Assembly: GCA_030324005.1 (NCBI GenBank)
Contig: JARDVH010000163.1
Coordinates: forward strand, 105,294,764 to 105,358,763
Reading direction: 5' to 3'
DNA length: 64,000 nt
Source: Negaprion brevirostris
Taxonomy: Eukaryota
The position numbers were made by a program, and so were the translations under genes. Below, one piece after another: positions 40,745-54,320 of the stretch (position 1 is its first letter; every line of letters starts with the position of its first letter). The notes beneath the pieces are model-generated. The model searched no databases, was not told the DNA's origin, and saw only the letters and a program-made list of their open reading frames with translations.

Positions 40745-42705
40745 GTAAATAGCCCAATTTGAAGAAGCATATTAGACCAGATATTGGGGAATGAGCCCGG
40801 CCAGGTGATCGAAGATTTCATGGCAGAGCATTTCGGGAACAGTGATCATAATTCTTTAAGTTTTAAAAGGTGCTTGTGGATAAGGGCAGAAGAAGTGGTC
40901 TTTGGGCAAAGGTGTTAAATTGGGGGAAGACTAACTACAACAGTAGGCAGGATCTGGAGATTGTAGATTGATGGAGGCTGTTTGACAGCAAATCATCTGA
41001 AATGTGGGAGTGTGTCAAATGCCAATTAATTGGCATTCAGGACCAGTGTATACCTGTGAGGATGAAGGATAAGTGTGGCCAGTATCAGGAACCCTGGATA
41101 ATGAGGGTTCTCTCATTTTCTTTCTGACAAGGCTCAGATGGATAAAAAAGCATTAAGGTCTAAAAGGCTTAGGATAGATGAAGCCCTTGAAGAATATAAA
41201 CATAGGAAGGAACTAGGAGGGCTAAAGGGTCATGAAAAGCCTTGGCAAACAGGATTATGGAAAATCTTAAGGCATTTTACACATATGTAAAGAGCAACAG
41301 GTTAGCCAGAAAAGGGTTGGCTCACTCAAGGATAGTGGAGGGAATCTATGCTTGGAAGCGAGGAAATGGGTGAAATACTAAATGAATACTTTGCCTCAGT
41401 ATTCAAAGAAGCGGACTTGATGGATGAGGAGCCTAGGGTAGGGTGTGTAGATATTCTGGATCATTTTCAATCAAAAAGAGGTACAGGGCATATTAAAGTA
41501 GGCAAGCTCCCAGGGCCTGATGGAATCTACCCCAGAATACTGAGGGAGGCAAGGGTGGAAATTGCTGTGGCCTTGACAAATTTGTACCCTCATTAGAATT
41601 TCACCTGTAGCCAGAGGACTGGAGCATAGCCAATGTTGCTCCTTTGTTTAAAGAAAGCAGCAGGGATAATCCAGGGAAATTATAGGCCAGTGTGTTTTAC
41701 ATCAGTGGTACGAAATTATTTGAAAAGATTCTTAGGGACAGGATTTACTCAAATTTGGAAACAGACATTAGTGATTGACAGCATGTTTGTGAACAGGGAC
41801 TTCCTCACTAACTTGAGTTTTGTGAGCAAGTGACAAAGATGAGGGAAAGGCAGTGTATAATGTATACACGGACTTTTTGATTTTGTCACCTGCATTTGAA
41901 AAGTATTGTTTCTTGTGTGCTATACAAAGCATACCATTCAGAGAAGGAAAAGAGTGCAGAAAAAAAAGGAGTGATATAGTCATAGTTAGGGTGTAGAGAA
42001 AGATTTAATGCAAGGTTTTTCCATTCAAAAGTCTGACAGCAGCAGAGAAGAAGCTGTTTGAGTCGGTTGGTATGTGACCCCAGACTTTTGTATCCTTTTC
42101 CTGATGGAAGATAGTGGGAGAGAATGTTTGGGGTGTGTGAGGTCCTTAGTTATGCTGACTGCTTTGCTGAGGCAATAGGAAGTGTAGACAGTCCAACAGG
42201 CGGAAGGCTGGTTTGCTTGATGAATTGGGCATATTCACAACCTTGTGGTGTTGGGCAGAGCAGGAGCCATACCAAGCTATGATACAACCAGCTTTCCACG
42301 GTGCATCTGTAAAAGTTGGTGTTTTAGTGGACATGCCAAATTTCCTTCATCTTCTGCAAAAAGTAGAAGTGTTGGTGGGCTTTAACTCTAGTGTCAACAT
42401 GGATGGGGGTGGGGGGGGGACACTAGGACAGGTTGGTGATCTGGACATTTAAAAATTTGAAACCCAACCCTTTCCACTTTGTGCCCATTCTCCTTTTACA
42501 CTTCCTGAAGTCACTGACAATTTCCTTTGTTTTGTTAACAATCTCAAAGCCTTTGACAAGGTACCTCATGATTGAGTGATATGAAAGGTGAGGTCACATG
42601 ATCAGAGGAGAACTGTGATGTGCATACAGAACTAGCTTGGTCATAGAAGACAGAGGGTAGCAACAGAAGAGTGTTTCTGAAGGGAAGGCAGTGATAAGGG
42701 TCACC
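40745..42705 (+). mobile_element. CR1-group LINE ORF2 fragment, interrupted at ~41878-42542
   Basis: EMGEILNEYFASVF, PGPDGIYPRILRE, NYRPV; resumes with KAFDKVPH. Confidence 0.8.
41880..42540 (-). mobile_element. Rex1/Babar-like non-LTR retrotransposon 3' fragment nested in CR1
   Basis: GCIIAWYGSCSAQ..KVVN motif on minus strand. Confidence 0.6.
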
Positions 42706-45009
42706 CATTAAGACAAAGAATATTTTGGTTGCAGTCAAGAGATTCTGNNNNNNNNNNNNTGGAACTCCACATTCTTGATCAATAAGGAGCCCCTTTATTG
42801 CTCTCATGGGCATTGGAAGGGTTTTTAAAATGCTGTGAACATAGTAAGAACTATTGATGAAAAGATCTGGCCTTGAAAAAAGTTGTAATTAATCAGAGTT
42901 TTTTGATAAGATTTAAAACTTATTCTAAATGTTGCAACATTGGGAATTCCTACTTCATGAGAATCTCCCATTGTTATTTTACTTTGTGCAAAATTAAGAT
43001 TGGTTTAATTACTTTTACTCGTTGACTGTTGTAGAATTGTGGCGGATTGGCCAGCTTGACGATACATACTGCATTGAGAATCCTTAAAAAGGACACTACA
43101 ACCAGTTACCAAATTTCTTGTCAGACATCAGCAAACTGTCACAGGTCATCACTACAAAGTTATTTAAAATCAAATCTAGATGCTAGACAGTCACAACATG
43201 CCAGTTTTCCAAGCTTTGTCTGTCCATCATTCCTAGCTTGGTTTAGCATTCACATTCACAGAATGTGGGCTTTAGGACTTTAACAGTATTGCATTGACAG
43301 GTATGTTCTCCAAGGTTAAAAATCAGGAGCCCAACTGCCTGCAAGTGAAGTGAATCAAACTCTCTGCAATCCTCTACTTCTAGTCTCCTGCACATCAGAC
43401 TTCCATTGCTTCACCATTGGTGGGTGTGCCTTTTGTCACCAAGGTTCCAAAATGTTGAATTCCTTGTGTTTTTAAACCATGAGATTCAGTGCCAAATTGT
43501 TTGAAAATGATCTAATGAAGCACTTCCTATTCTTAAGGCATCATATAAACTTAGCAGCAGCTTAATAATTACCACTATTTAACATAATATATTGCAGTAA
43601 CTTTTAAAGATTAAACCACCATATATTAGCATTTAGTCTGTTTCCTACTAAAGGCAACAAGCTATCAAATTAGGTAGCTTTTCTGAAATAACTGGAGATT
43701 AATCACAAGATGCAACAGATTAAACAAGCCCAAATTTCATTGTGGTTTAATTTTATAATTATTTGAAATAGCTAGCAGTTGCATTTTATTTATTGCAATG
43801 TATGAACATCCAAGTGAATAATTTGAAACAAGTTTGAAAAGCAATTCAGGATAAGCTAGCTAACAGTTTAAGCAATGCCTATGTGGCACACCAAGCACCA
43901 CTGGCTCATATTGAAAACAGCACCTTTTACTTTAATTAGTAAGAGCATAACTCTTACTCTGCATCCAGATTATACACACAGATTGGGGAGAGCTGACAGT
44001 TGAAGGATCAATTGTAGTACACTACTTTCTAGAATATGAACGGTTTAAGAGATAGTTGAATGAATTCAAATTAGTGCAATCTTCTGCGCCAGCACCAAAC
44101 TTTTATCCACCCGACCCCTTTAAATTTGTTAATGTGACTGATGTTTGAAAAGCTATATAATTACTATCTGATTAGCTGGGCTGATTACCTGCAAAAGCAA
44201 CACAGCAGCAGGGAGTCATCTGGCTTGGCAAATCAATTGGAATATAAAAGGGGATTAGGCAGAAGACACGTAAAAGACGGAGGGCTGTTGATCTGTACCC
44301 AGTTTTTCCCTGAAATTCTGAACATGCATCATTACATGGCTCTAAAATTATTGCACTTGGGCTAATAGCACTAAGTGGAGTACTACAAGTTTAAAAACTT
44401 GTCAAGAGGAACAGCATAGAGAGATTAAGGGAATAAACGGGTCATATTAATGTTCCAACTTCTTTTGAAGCAAGCTTCTATTGTAACCAGTGTCTTTACT
44501 TTTCCAGTCCAATTAATCAGGGCCCCAGTGATAAAAGTGATCAGGAAAGTTTGCGCTGACAGCTCAGTGAAGTACCATCTCAAATATTATCCTGATTCTG
44601 CTAGGTTATTTTGAGCTGCTTTATTGGAGGAGGATTATTGATAGAGCTGAAGTAAAGTCTCACTCCTGACTAATACACAAAGGAAAAACCATTAAGCAAC
44701 TGAAGGCATTTCCTTGACTTCTTGTTGTCATATCCTGCAAGTCATTACTTATACCTGACAATCATGGCCATGATTGTAACAACCACTATTAACTTGTTAT
44801 CTTGGGGCTCCTTATGTTCCCTACTTCCCTTGATACAAAAGAACCCACCCTTCAACTCTTGCATTTGTTTAGATCAATAGGCCAGCCTAACTTACAAGAA
44901 CATGTCATCCACCAGATCACAAAATATTGACTTGCAAGAATGAAATTCCACAGATGTTAACATTCCAGCAACCCTTCCCACTGCTCTTTCAGCATTAATG
45001 GTGTGGTGC

Positions 45010-45095
45010 TGCAGCTCTATAACTTCTGCATCATTTGAAAAGCAACATTTAATTTTCTGTTCAAGGCAAGAGCCAAGTCTGTTAAAAAACTTCAC
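45010..45095 (+). mobile_element. Penelope-like GIY-YIG C-terminal remnant
   Basis: FEKQHLIFC resembles the LEEQHLIFRLG motif. Confidence 0.4.
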
Positions 45096-45967
45096 CAGAA
45101 AGATCAGATTTCAAAACAGAGTACAAGAGTTATCTGGATTGATTCAGTTGATGAGTAGCAAGCTTTTCATACTCATACAGCTTACTACAGGGCAAGATTG
45201 TCAGATGCTAAGAGATCAACTGTCTGGATTACAGAGCTCCAGACATATTCTAGCTTTACAACAAGCTTGGTTTTTATCCAATTTATCAGTATTTTATTGC
45301 ACAGGAGCACTTATCTAGCTCAGTCCTTGAACTGGTGAACATGCAACTTGAAGTGTAAACGTTGTGATTTGGAGAGGACTGCAGCATCAGGATAAAAATA
45401 CTTTGGCAGATGTTAAGGTCATTTTGATGGTTTGGCATTCAGCCATAGACTACTTTCTGACACCCAGTTATTGCGACTACACTAAAACAGACAAAAGCCA
45501 AAATCAAAACACCAATTACATTTGGTAGCACTTAATGGGCATGGCTGTGTTATTAAATGCAAAAAAGCCACAACTAGCATTGGGTATGCACCCAGTCCAG
45601 TAATGTCAAAAAAGAAAGTTAGCATTCCTTTCATCTGTCTATTGTTCCGCTTGGGGTTCATTGCATTAAATTAAAGTAGTTCGATTTCAGTTTGCTCATG
45701 CACCAACTGACATTTTAGCATAAAGTATTCACTTGTTTCTGCCACTAAAAGCTTCATTTTGTCTGGTAGTGGGAATGCAATCAGTAACACCAAACTCACA
45801 TCAAGAACAGATCCAGAATCACTCCTATGGACTAAGATATTTAAGAACCTCAATCCATGATAATTGGAACAGAGGATGTCATTTTCCAAAAATGACAACG
45901 TTACACAAAGGCCATTTTCCCCAAAGATCAAGACATTGTATGCTTTTCTGCTGTCCAAATTCAGACA

Positions 45968-46248
45968 GAAGTCTCACAACACCAGGTTAAAAGTCCAACG
46001 GGTTTATTTGGTAGTAAACCCCACTAACTTTGTGCGCTGCTCCTTCATCAGGTGAGTGGGGAGTTCTGATCACAGACAGGGCATATAAAGGCACAGTTTA
46101 CAGAATACTGATTAGAATGCTCACCTGACGAAGGAGCAGTGCTCCGAAAGCTAGCAGGGTTTACTACCAAATAAACCCGTTGGACTTTAACCTGATGTTG
46201 AGATTTCTTACTGTGTTTACCCCAATCCCAAGCTGGCATCTCCACATG
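45968..46248. mobile_element. Palindromic non-autonomous Penelope-like element (inverted pseudo-LTR arms with hammerhead motifs)
   Basis: Arms ~45968-46056 and ~46119-46209 are inverted copies; terminal gcatctccacat shared with other copies. Confidence 0.75.
46121..46155 (+). ncRNA. Hammerhead ribozyme motif, core intact, stem I weakened
   Basis: CUGACGA-A-GGAGC[AGU]GCUCC-GAAA-GC-UA. Confidence 0.6.
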
Positions 46249-47567
46249 ACGTTCAAATTTAGCCATGAAGCCCCATTAATTTTTGGCTGAACTCAGTCAG
46301 GCGGCACTTAATGTTTAAAGTTGCCTAGATATAGCAAGGCTTTCCATAAGGAGGCTTTGACAAGAGGTCACTGCTTCAAGTAGTCAGCATTGCCCAAAAT
46401 CTCCACTTGTATTTCTTAAGCTCTCAAATAGTTTCCCAAACCTGGTACATAAAACACAGCTGAATGTTACTTTGCAAAGCTGCTCCTGATATAATGTGAT
46501 ACTTACTGCAAACACAACTTATTTCAAATAACTGAAAGATAAGTTTCCTCCAACATCCCATCAAAACAAACAAATGTTGAGACAAAATCTTCATGACATC
46601 CGGAATCAAATATTTCTGGTGACCAATTGATTTTGTAAACAAAATGGTTAAAAGTCTCACTTAACAGTCAATGGGAAAAGCTCCATTGGGTTAAATGTTT
46701 AACCCAAGCAAGCATCACATCAAAAGAAAGCTATTTAAATTCTCAGTATGGTCTGCAATGACAGTGCTTACATGGCTCTTCATCCCTACAAAGTTGGTGG
46801 ACCTTAAGCCCGTGCACTCCCACGTACTGAAATATTTATAGATCAAGTACTGAAAACAGCTCCCACAATAGGATTTTGACAATGACAGTGATACATGTCC
46901 AAATCAAGATGAGGCTTGAGGCAATGGCAATGCATCTGCTGCCTTTGGTTTTCAAGGTTTTGACTGGGAGGTGCCAGAAGACCTGTGGTGACTATATATT
47001 GATTACAGATTGGATAACAGTAAATTTAGAACACATGTAGAGTCATTGGGACTAAAACAGCAGGTGTATAATTTAACACTAGGGTTTGAAACTACAATTG
47101 CATACATAGATTTCTCTAGTTTTGCTGCAAAATACCTACAAATGCAGATGACAGATTGGTCTGGTTTTAAGAAAATGGCTGTTCTCAAAATACATCACTG
47201 CACTTGGGCAAACTCCAAGAACTTCTGTTGCAATATTGCCACTCCCTCCCCTTGCTCTGGCTGCATGGTAGAGGAGACATTTCACAGCAATTTTGGGAGT
47301 AGTTAGGTTTGACATTATTGCACCAGGACAGAAAAAAGGTCAAAGTTTATTTTAGATGCCTAGGTTGAAGTGGCACCATGAAGCAATTCAATGTATTTTA
47401 GGGATAATAGTTCTCAAATAATAGCTCAGTACAGTATTGGCAGTTTTCAGTGGAATCAAGAGGCAAATGCAGACAAATGTGGAGAAATGGGAAGATGAAA
47501 AGTCAACATCAATTTCCACAAAGTGTACCTATACACTGATTTAGACGAGGGGACTCAAATGTTAAAT

Positions 47568-47860
47568 CAGAATCCTAAAGTATAGAAGGTGGCTGTTCTG
47601 TCCATCAAGTCTACAACTTGCTAACAGAGCATCTTTCCCATGCCTACCCACTCCTTACACCCCATCCTGTAACTCCACATATTTGCCCCTCACTTAAACA
47701 ATCTGGACACCAAGGGGCAATTTAGCATGGCCAATCTAATCTGAGGTGGGTATGCTGGCGTTGGACTGGGGTAAACACAGTAAAAAGTCTGACAACACCA
47801 GGTTTTAAACCTGGTGTTGTCAGACTTTTTACAATCTAATCTGCACATCTTTGGACCAGA
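47568..47860 (-). mobile_element. Partial HE1-like SINE hosting the palindromic insertion
   Basis: aaggggcaatttagcatggccaatc...ctgcacatctttggac split by the insert. Confidence 0.68.
47744..47832. mobile_element. Same family, internally deleted perfect palindrome inserted in a SINE
   Basis: 26-bp perfect arms 47780-47832; 12-bp flanking direct repeat. Confidence 0.75.
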
Positions 47861-48524
47861 TAAGGGAAAGAAAGTTATAAACCCTATCTTTAACACTGAA
47901 TTTCATCCTTAGCACAAAGTCAAGAAAAATTTTGCTCCCAAAAATTATCAGGACTACATGATACTTCACCTACTACTGAACATTCAGGGTTCAGCAAGAT
48001 CATGGTCATACCTCACAAATGGTCACTATATTTAGTCTTAAAGATTTTTGCTCAGTATATGGGAAATTTCCATACACGGAGTTCAAAATTAACAGTCAAG
48101 TTTAACCATACAAGTTAGGCATTTCAAAGCTGTTGCACAGAATACATATCCTGCACACTAAACACATTGTTCCAGATTTTCTTTTAAAAACTGAGCACTG
48201 TTGCAAATGTAAAGTTCATTTTATATTAAAACAAAAGAAAAGGTGACATATGGCTTGCTCCAACGATTCAGCAATCAAGCCACTCAGACTGGAGTTGGCG
48301 CAAGACACTCACACCCGAGTAGCAAGGAGCAATCTCCAGCGTAAATCACACATTCAAAGTCAGCTCTGGCATTCGAAACAAAGTTGCCTAATCAGTTCTG
48401 CGTTTAGAAAAGTTTCTTAGAAAAAAGGAAGCAAGCCACCGAAAGAAAATATCAAATGTTCAATTATCTGGAAACGAAAAGGGATGGTGTAAATATTGCA
48501 TGGAATTTTCATTAAATGTCTACA

Positions 48525-48927
48525 GTAGAATTCCTACAGTGTAGAAGGATGCAATTTGGTGAGTCTGCAGTGACTCCAACAAAGCATCCCACCAAGACCC
48601 TATCCCTATAACCCCATGCATTTAACCTGCTAATCCCCCTAACTTACACATTTTGGGGCACTAAGGGGCAATTTAACATGATTAATCCACCTAAACTGCA
48701 CATCTTTGGACTGTGGGAGGGAAACCGAGCACCTGAAGGAAACCCACAGACTCAGAACCCATTGCTGAAATCANNNNNNNNNNNNNNNNNNNNNNNNNNN
48801 NNNNNNNNNNNNNNNNNNNNNNNNNNNNNNNNNNNNNNNNNNNNNNNNNNNNNNNNNNNNNNNNNNNNNNNNNAATCAAACTTGGGTCCATGGTGCTGTG
48901 AGGCAGTAGTGATAATCACTGTGCCAC
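48525..48927 (-). mobile_element. HE1-like tRNA-SINE spanning a gap
   Basis: Tail, body and head motifs present. Confidence 0.72.
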
Positions 48928-50819
48928 ATGATCACAGGAGGACCTTTTCTGTAGTTGTGTACTGAATAATAATGGTAAGTCAATGTTGTTTTCATTACAG
49001 TAAAAGTCTCACTTGAAACTCATGCAATCCCACTAGATAGCCATTGGAAAAAAAATCTTTGTGCATAAGGAACTATTACTATCTCTGGAGAGATCACTGT
49101 TACAGTCCCAGTTGGTGTTAACACTGACGTGGAAAAATCCCAGAATGGAACTCTGGCTCAAATGACTGCAAATGTAGAATAGTCACAGGACTAACTAGTT
49201 TTAAGCAAAGAGAAAACATTAAAAATGTAAGAATTGGGTTGTAATGCAACTTGCCCCTCATCTTAAATACACTGATTTTATGATTACCACAAATTACAAA
49301 GTACATCTTAAACTACAGTGAGTCAGTCACTAAGTCCCTTTAAACACAGATTGGTTGTTGTCAAATAGACTCCTCTTTGAACTCTATGGATTTTTCCCTC
49401 AGAATTCCCCCAAATGATCTTCAAGTTCCAAACTCCACTCCTAAAACACATTAAAACCTTCTCCACATTAGGTGGTTGGCATTCTAAAATCCAGTCCAGG
49501 TTTTCCAAATGAACTTAAAGCTTCTGCAGATGCAGGTTCTAAGCCCTTCCTTTAGGATTTTTTCTGGACTGCTATACAAACTGTTTGCAACTGCTTTAAC
49601 TCTCCATTCTCAGACTAAAATCAAACTTTTGATTTGCCCGATTCTGCTCCCACTTTAAATTTGGTTACTGCAATTGTTTAGCTCACTTGTTTACTCTTCC
49701 TTGAATTCTTCAGACAACCTTGGTCGCTTGACTTCAGTCTTAAGACACTGCCCCAATTCCCTGGTTATCTGGTTCTAATGGAAGCCTCTTTGCAGCTCCT
49801 GTCCAAATTTTTGACTGACAGAGTTGAAAGATGTCCACTTGTGTCTTTCCTCAACTACAATATATCAGCCAAAAACTTAAAAAGCTTTTTACTTTACGAG
49901 TCCCCCAGTTGCTGAGCAACCACTGTCAGTTTATTTACTCTTCACACCATAATCTCTCTAAACAGTCAGAACTGAACCAACCCCCACATTAGATTATCAG
50001 GGAAAAATTAAATTGAACACTCAAAATTATATCACTTTTCTAATATTAACCAATACAAATCCCTTAAATTCCTTGTTTTCACTAACTTTACAAAAATGTC
50101 AGCAAATGCTATCCACCTTAATAGAATTATCCAGCTAAATGGAGCCATGAGCGTCAAAACAATTATCCCACTTGTAGATGTGCAACCTACTCCTTTCCCA
50201 AAAATCTGAATATTTCAAACTGGAAACACTTAGGAAAATTGGATACTAAGTTCTAACTTGATACTAAACATCTATGAACATTAGTAGGCTACAACACCCT
50301 GAAGCTGCTCTACCATTCAATAAGACCATGGATGATCTGATTTTAATTAGAACTCTACATTCCCACACTGACCCCACCCACCTTTACCTTTCCCCCACTC
50401 CCCAGATATTTCTATGTTTATAGACTTAAATAGGCAGGCATTTTCCACAAGCTTCAAGAATTTCAGAAATACAGAATTGAATCACAAATTGTTGCTCATC
50501 TGCTCAATATCTTCCAGATACACAAAAGCAACATTTCTTTACAAACTTATTGCTCAGCAATATTGAGATCTCTGGATTAATGGAATGTAACTACACAGAG
50601 ACAGGAAGTTACTCAAAAAAGTGTTAAATTGTGTTTATCCTCTAGACTTTACACTGGCAACAAATTCTATAATGGGTTGATTTGCACATTCAAATGCATA
50701 AATTTCAGAATGCAAGTCAGTTGGATAGGATGCATCACCAATTCCACAGGAACAAGCTCAAACTCTACACCTTTGTCATTGTTAATGACCAGTGCTTATA
50801 GAACTCAAGTACTTTGCCC

Positions 50820-51270
50820 AATTTTAACTGCTGACCCAACTGACCATTAGATTTACATTTCCTCAATTAGATTAATATCCTATACTGGGTGTTCACTTTG
50901 ACCAGAAACCAAACTGAATCAGCCACAAATACCATGGCTACAAAAGCAGGCCAGAAATCCTGCAATTAACTCACTTCCTGATTCCTCAAAGCTCATCTAC
51001 CACCTATAATGTAGAAGTCTGGAGAGCGATGCAATACTCATTGGTTGCTGGACAAATGCAGCTCCACCAACACAAGTTGACATTGTTCAGGACAGAGCAG
51101 TCACTCCATCTACCACAAGTGTCTGCAGTATTACCAACAAGGTGCATTGCAACAACTCAAAGCTCTGACAGCACCTGCTAAACCCACAACCTCCTCTTAC
51201 CCCCTAGAAAGAGGAGGATAGCCGATACATAGAAACATCACTTGCAATCTCCCCTCCAAACTGCACACTT
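50820..51270 (+). mobile_element. Same LINE family, degraded
   Basis: gcagctccaccaacacaagttgacattgttcaggacagagcag matches the 23350-23400 region. Confidence 0.55.
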
Positions 51271-53467
51271 GTTTTACAGAATGTAGTTGACAAGTTCTAA
51301 GTAGATAACATTGCAGTCAATGGTGGGCTAAAATTCATGTGCAAATTCAATGCTTCATTCCATGGTGCAGCCAGATCACAACATACCACCACTTCTGGAA
51401 GAAAAAGCAAATGCTGGAAACATTAGTTAGGCTGTGGAATGAGCTCAGACCCTTTTTAAAATCACATGAAAGCTTGAAATTCTCTTGTTTGCTTACCATT
51501 TTTGACAGTGTCTGCATTAGTACTGAAGTTACAAACCAAGCCTCAAAAAGCAAGCCTGGACAGGTGCAAGCTAGTTTTGCATCTCCTCCAAATAATTGGA
51601 TTAAGTGACCACAGCCAACATGAAGCAGGAAGGATCATTTCAATAGTATTGGAAAAGATTTCTATTTATGATTAACCATTTTACCAACTTGTGTGTCTTC
51701 ATGCATTTGAAGGGCAGGGGTTCTGGTGTAGAACACAAGACCCAGAACATTGTGATGCACTACCACCCTGTATCATTCACCACTCAATTTTTCTTGAAAA
51801 GCAGCAATTGCTTGCCTCAAATTGTTCCCAGGTAAACCATTCCATTCTCAATGAAGTGAAGCCATTCCTACCATCCTGAGGCTTAGATTCCAAAGCAAAG
51901 ACAACCTTCATAAAAATGGCTCTCATCCTCTTTCCTTTCTCAATGGGAAGAAAATCATCCCAAGTCTCCATCACGACTCAAGCTTCAAGCCCAGTCATCG
52001 AATGAAACATTTTTAAAAAGGATACCCAAAACTGCCATAACTAATGCCTTTGATTCAATGCTTTGTTCTGACATTTAACACAGCAATTGGATTTACCCTG
52101 CAGCTGCAGGTAGATGTCACTCACCCTGGCAACAGGTCATTCAAATTTTAATTTGCAAGGGTGCCACCTGACACCCATGCCCCCACCCCATTCCTAGTCT
52201 ACTTTCCCTCTTCTTGGACAGTCTTCTAAACTATGGTCTTGGTCTATATTGGAACCATTCACCATCCTTACAAGTACATAACTTAATTGGACAGGTTAGT
52301 GTCTGCAGGACCCATTTCTGAACCTCACCCAGGTCCGTTTACCTGGCTCCCCATCAATTGCAAGCAAGGCTGAAATTTGCTCTAGGGTGTGAATTCCTCC
52401 CCTTCCTTAGTGTGGCTGTCACTCCACCTAACACTCCTGCTCAGTGACTGAGCAAGAAAGATTCTAGGTGGAGAAATCTTTACTTGGAGCAGTCTTGCTT
52501 TCCCATTAATGAATTCTACATCATTATCAGGTAGAGAGGAAAGAAATGCCATACCACAAGGTCCAAACCTCAAGACATATTAGTTTCTTTATAAGTGATT
52601 TCAAATCATAAAGCAAAGTGGCCAAATATCCAGGAAAATAAAAAACATTGCAAAATTTAAGTTGTACAAGTTTCAAAAGGGCAGGACAAAAAAAAAACAG
52701 TAAAAAGGGCTGATGCTTCAAGTGGTCTTAAAATTCTCCAAAAGGGAGCACTTGTTTCCTCTCAATTTAAGGTATTAAAATCAATACTCGTGCACCACAG
52801 TTGCAGTTAAGGGATTTCTCAGGAGCACACTGCAGGCAAAGGGGTGAGCTTTTAACTGTAGCTAGTTAAAATTCTAAACCATCTACGTTGACATAGCAAC
52901 ATTATCCAAAAGTGTAGACAAGAATGAGTCATTTAAAGATTGGGCAAGTTTTCTTTTTAAATGCTAGATTATACACTACCTAGTTTCCTTTAGGCTATTC
53001 ATCTGCTCACTTAATATTTAAAAGGTAATTGGAGTCACCTTTTAAGTGTTCCTCTACCATTGTAAACTAAAACAGAAAAAACACCATTTAAATACATTAC
53101 ACTGTCAAGCTGAAGCCTTTAAGATGTCCACGGCACTGGATTTAAATGCACTGCTGAACATGTGACAGCTGCAGCAGCAAAGCACTTCAGAGTCATTGTT
53201 TTCCAGTTTCCATTCACCATATTTTTCAGAACTGCGCTTGGCTTTTAAATAGAAACTTCATGCACAGGTAGTGTAGCTGTTCCAGTTACAGTTTGCTCTA
53301 TTCTTTAGTGGAAATAAAAACCAGGGAACATGGTAGGGTGTGAAGACACCACTGATGGGGCTCAAGATTGCCTAACAGGTCTTGGCATCAAAAATGTTAA
53401 GTACATCTTGCCAGTGTTAATGCTAATTACTAAGTTTCAATACATGTCTTGTAAATAAGATTGCATT

Positions 53468-53745
53468 ACAGTTTAATGTCACAAGTAGGCTTACATTAAC
53501 ATTCCAATGAAGTTGCTGTGAAAATCCCATACTTGTCACACTCTAGCACCTGTTTGGGTACACTGAGGAAGAATTTAGCATGGCCAATGCATCTAACCAG
53601 CATATCCTTTGGACTGCAGGAGGAAACCAGGCCATCTGGAGGAAACCCACAGACATGGAGAGAACGTGCAGACTTTCCAGACAGAGATCCAAGCTGGGAA
53701 TTGAACACAGATCCCTGGCAGTCTGTGCAGCCCCACCTATACCAC
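53468..53745 (-). mobile_element. tRNA-SINE, alternative-tail type
   Basis: acaagtaggcttacattaaca..gaaaatccc tail; shared body. Confidence 0.7.
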
Positions 53746-54169
53746 TAACTTATGCTAGAAATCAGATGATTAGAGAACCAAAAGTAGTGCAAGTTAGAAA
53801 CATTCAGTAGCTTTTAAAGGAAAGGCTTGGATTGTAGAATGGAATACTACAACTTAAAATCATTCATTCCAAACAAAAACCCATCTTCAACCAATTATAC
53901 ACTATACAATGAACACAAACCACAAAAGGCAAAAATTTTGCCTTCAAATCCAGATGTTAGGCAGTGTTTGTATTCAAAGTTAAGCAAAATGGGTTTGAAT
54001 GGATGAGCTAATGATTGACAGCATAGCCCTGACATTTCCAAATAATTGTTTATCAGAAGCTGCAGTCATTATACAAAATTTGCCTTGTGTGTATACATCT
54101 TCTGCTCAAATATTTGAACAATGCCAGCTGTCTTTTTAGATAGATCATGGGCAGATTAAAATAACCAGG

Positions 54170-54320
54170 ACTGACAGCATCTGCTCAGAGAACAGAACTA
54201 ACATTGAGTCTGGATGATTCAGCTGTGGCTCTCCTCTCCCCACAGATGCTGTTAGACCTGTGGAGATTTTCCAGCATTTGTTTTATTTCAGAGTCCAGCA
54301 TCCACAAATATTTGCTTTTT
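54170..54320. repeat. Penelope-associated short inverted-repeat remnant
   Basis: gacagcatctg / cagatgctgtt and ccagcatt..ttttatttcaga..ccagcatcc..tttgctttt; similar to 29500-29545. Confidence 0.45.
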
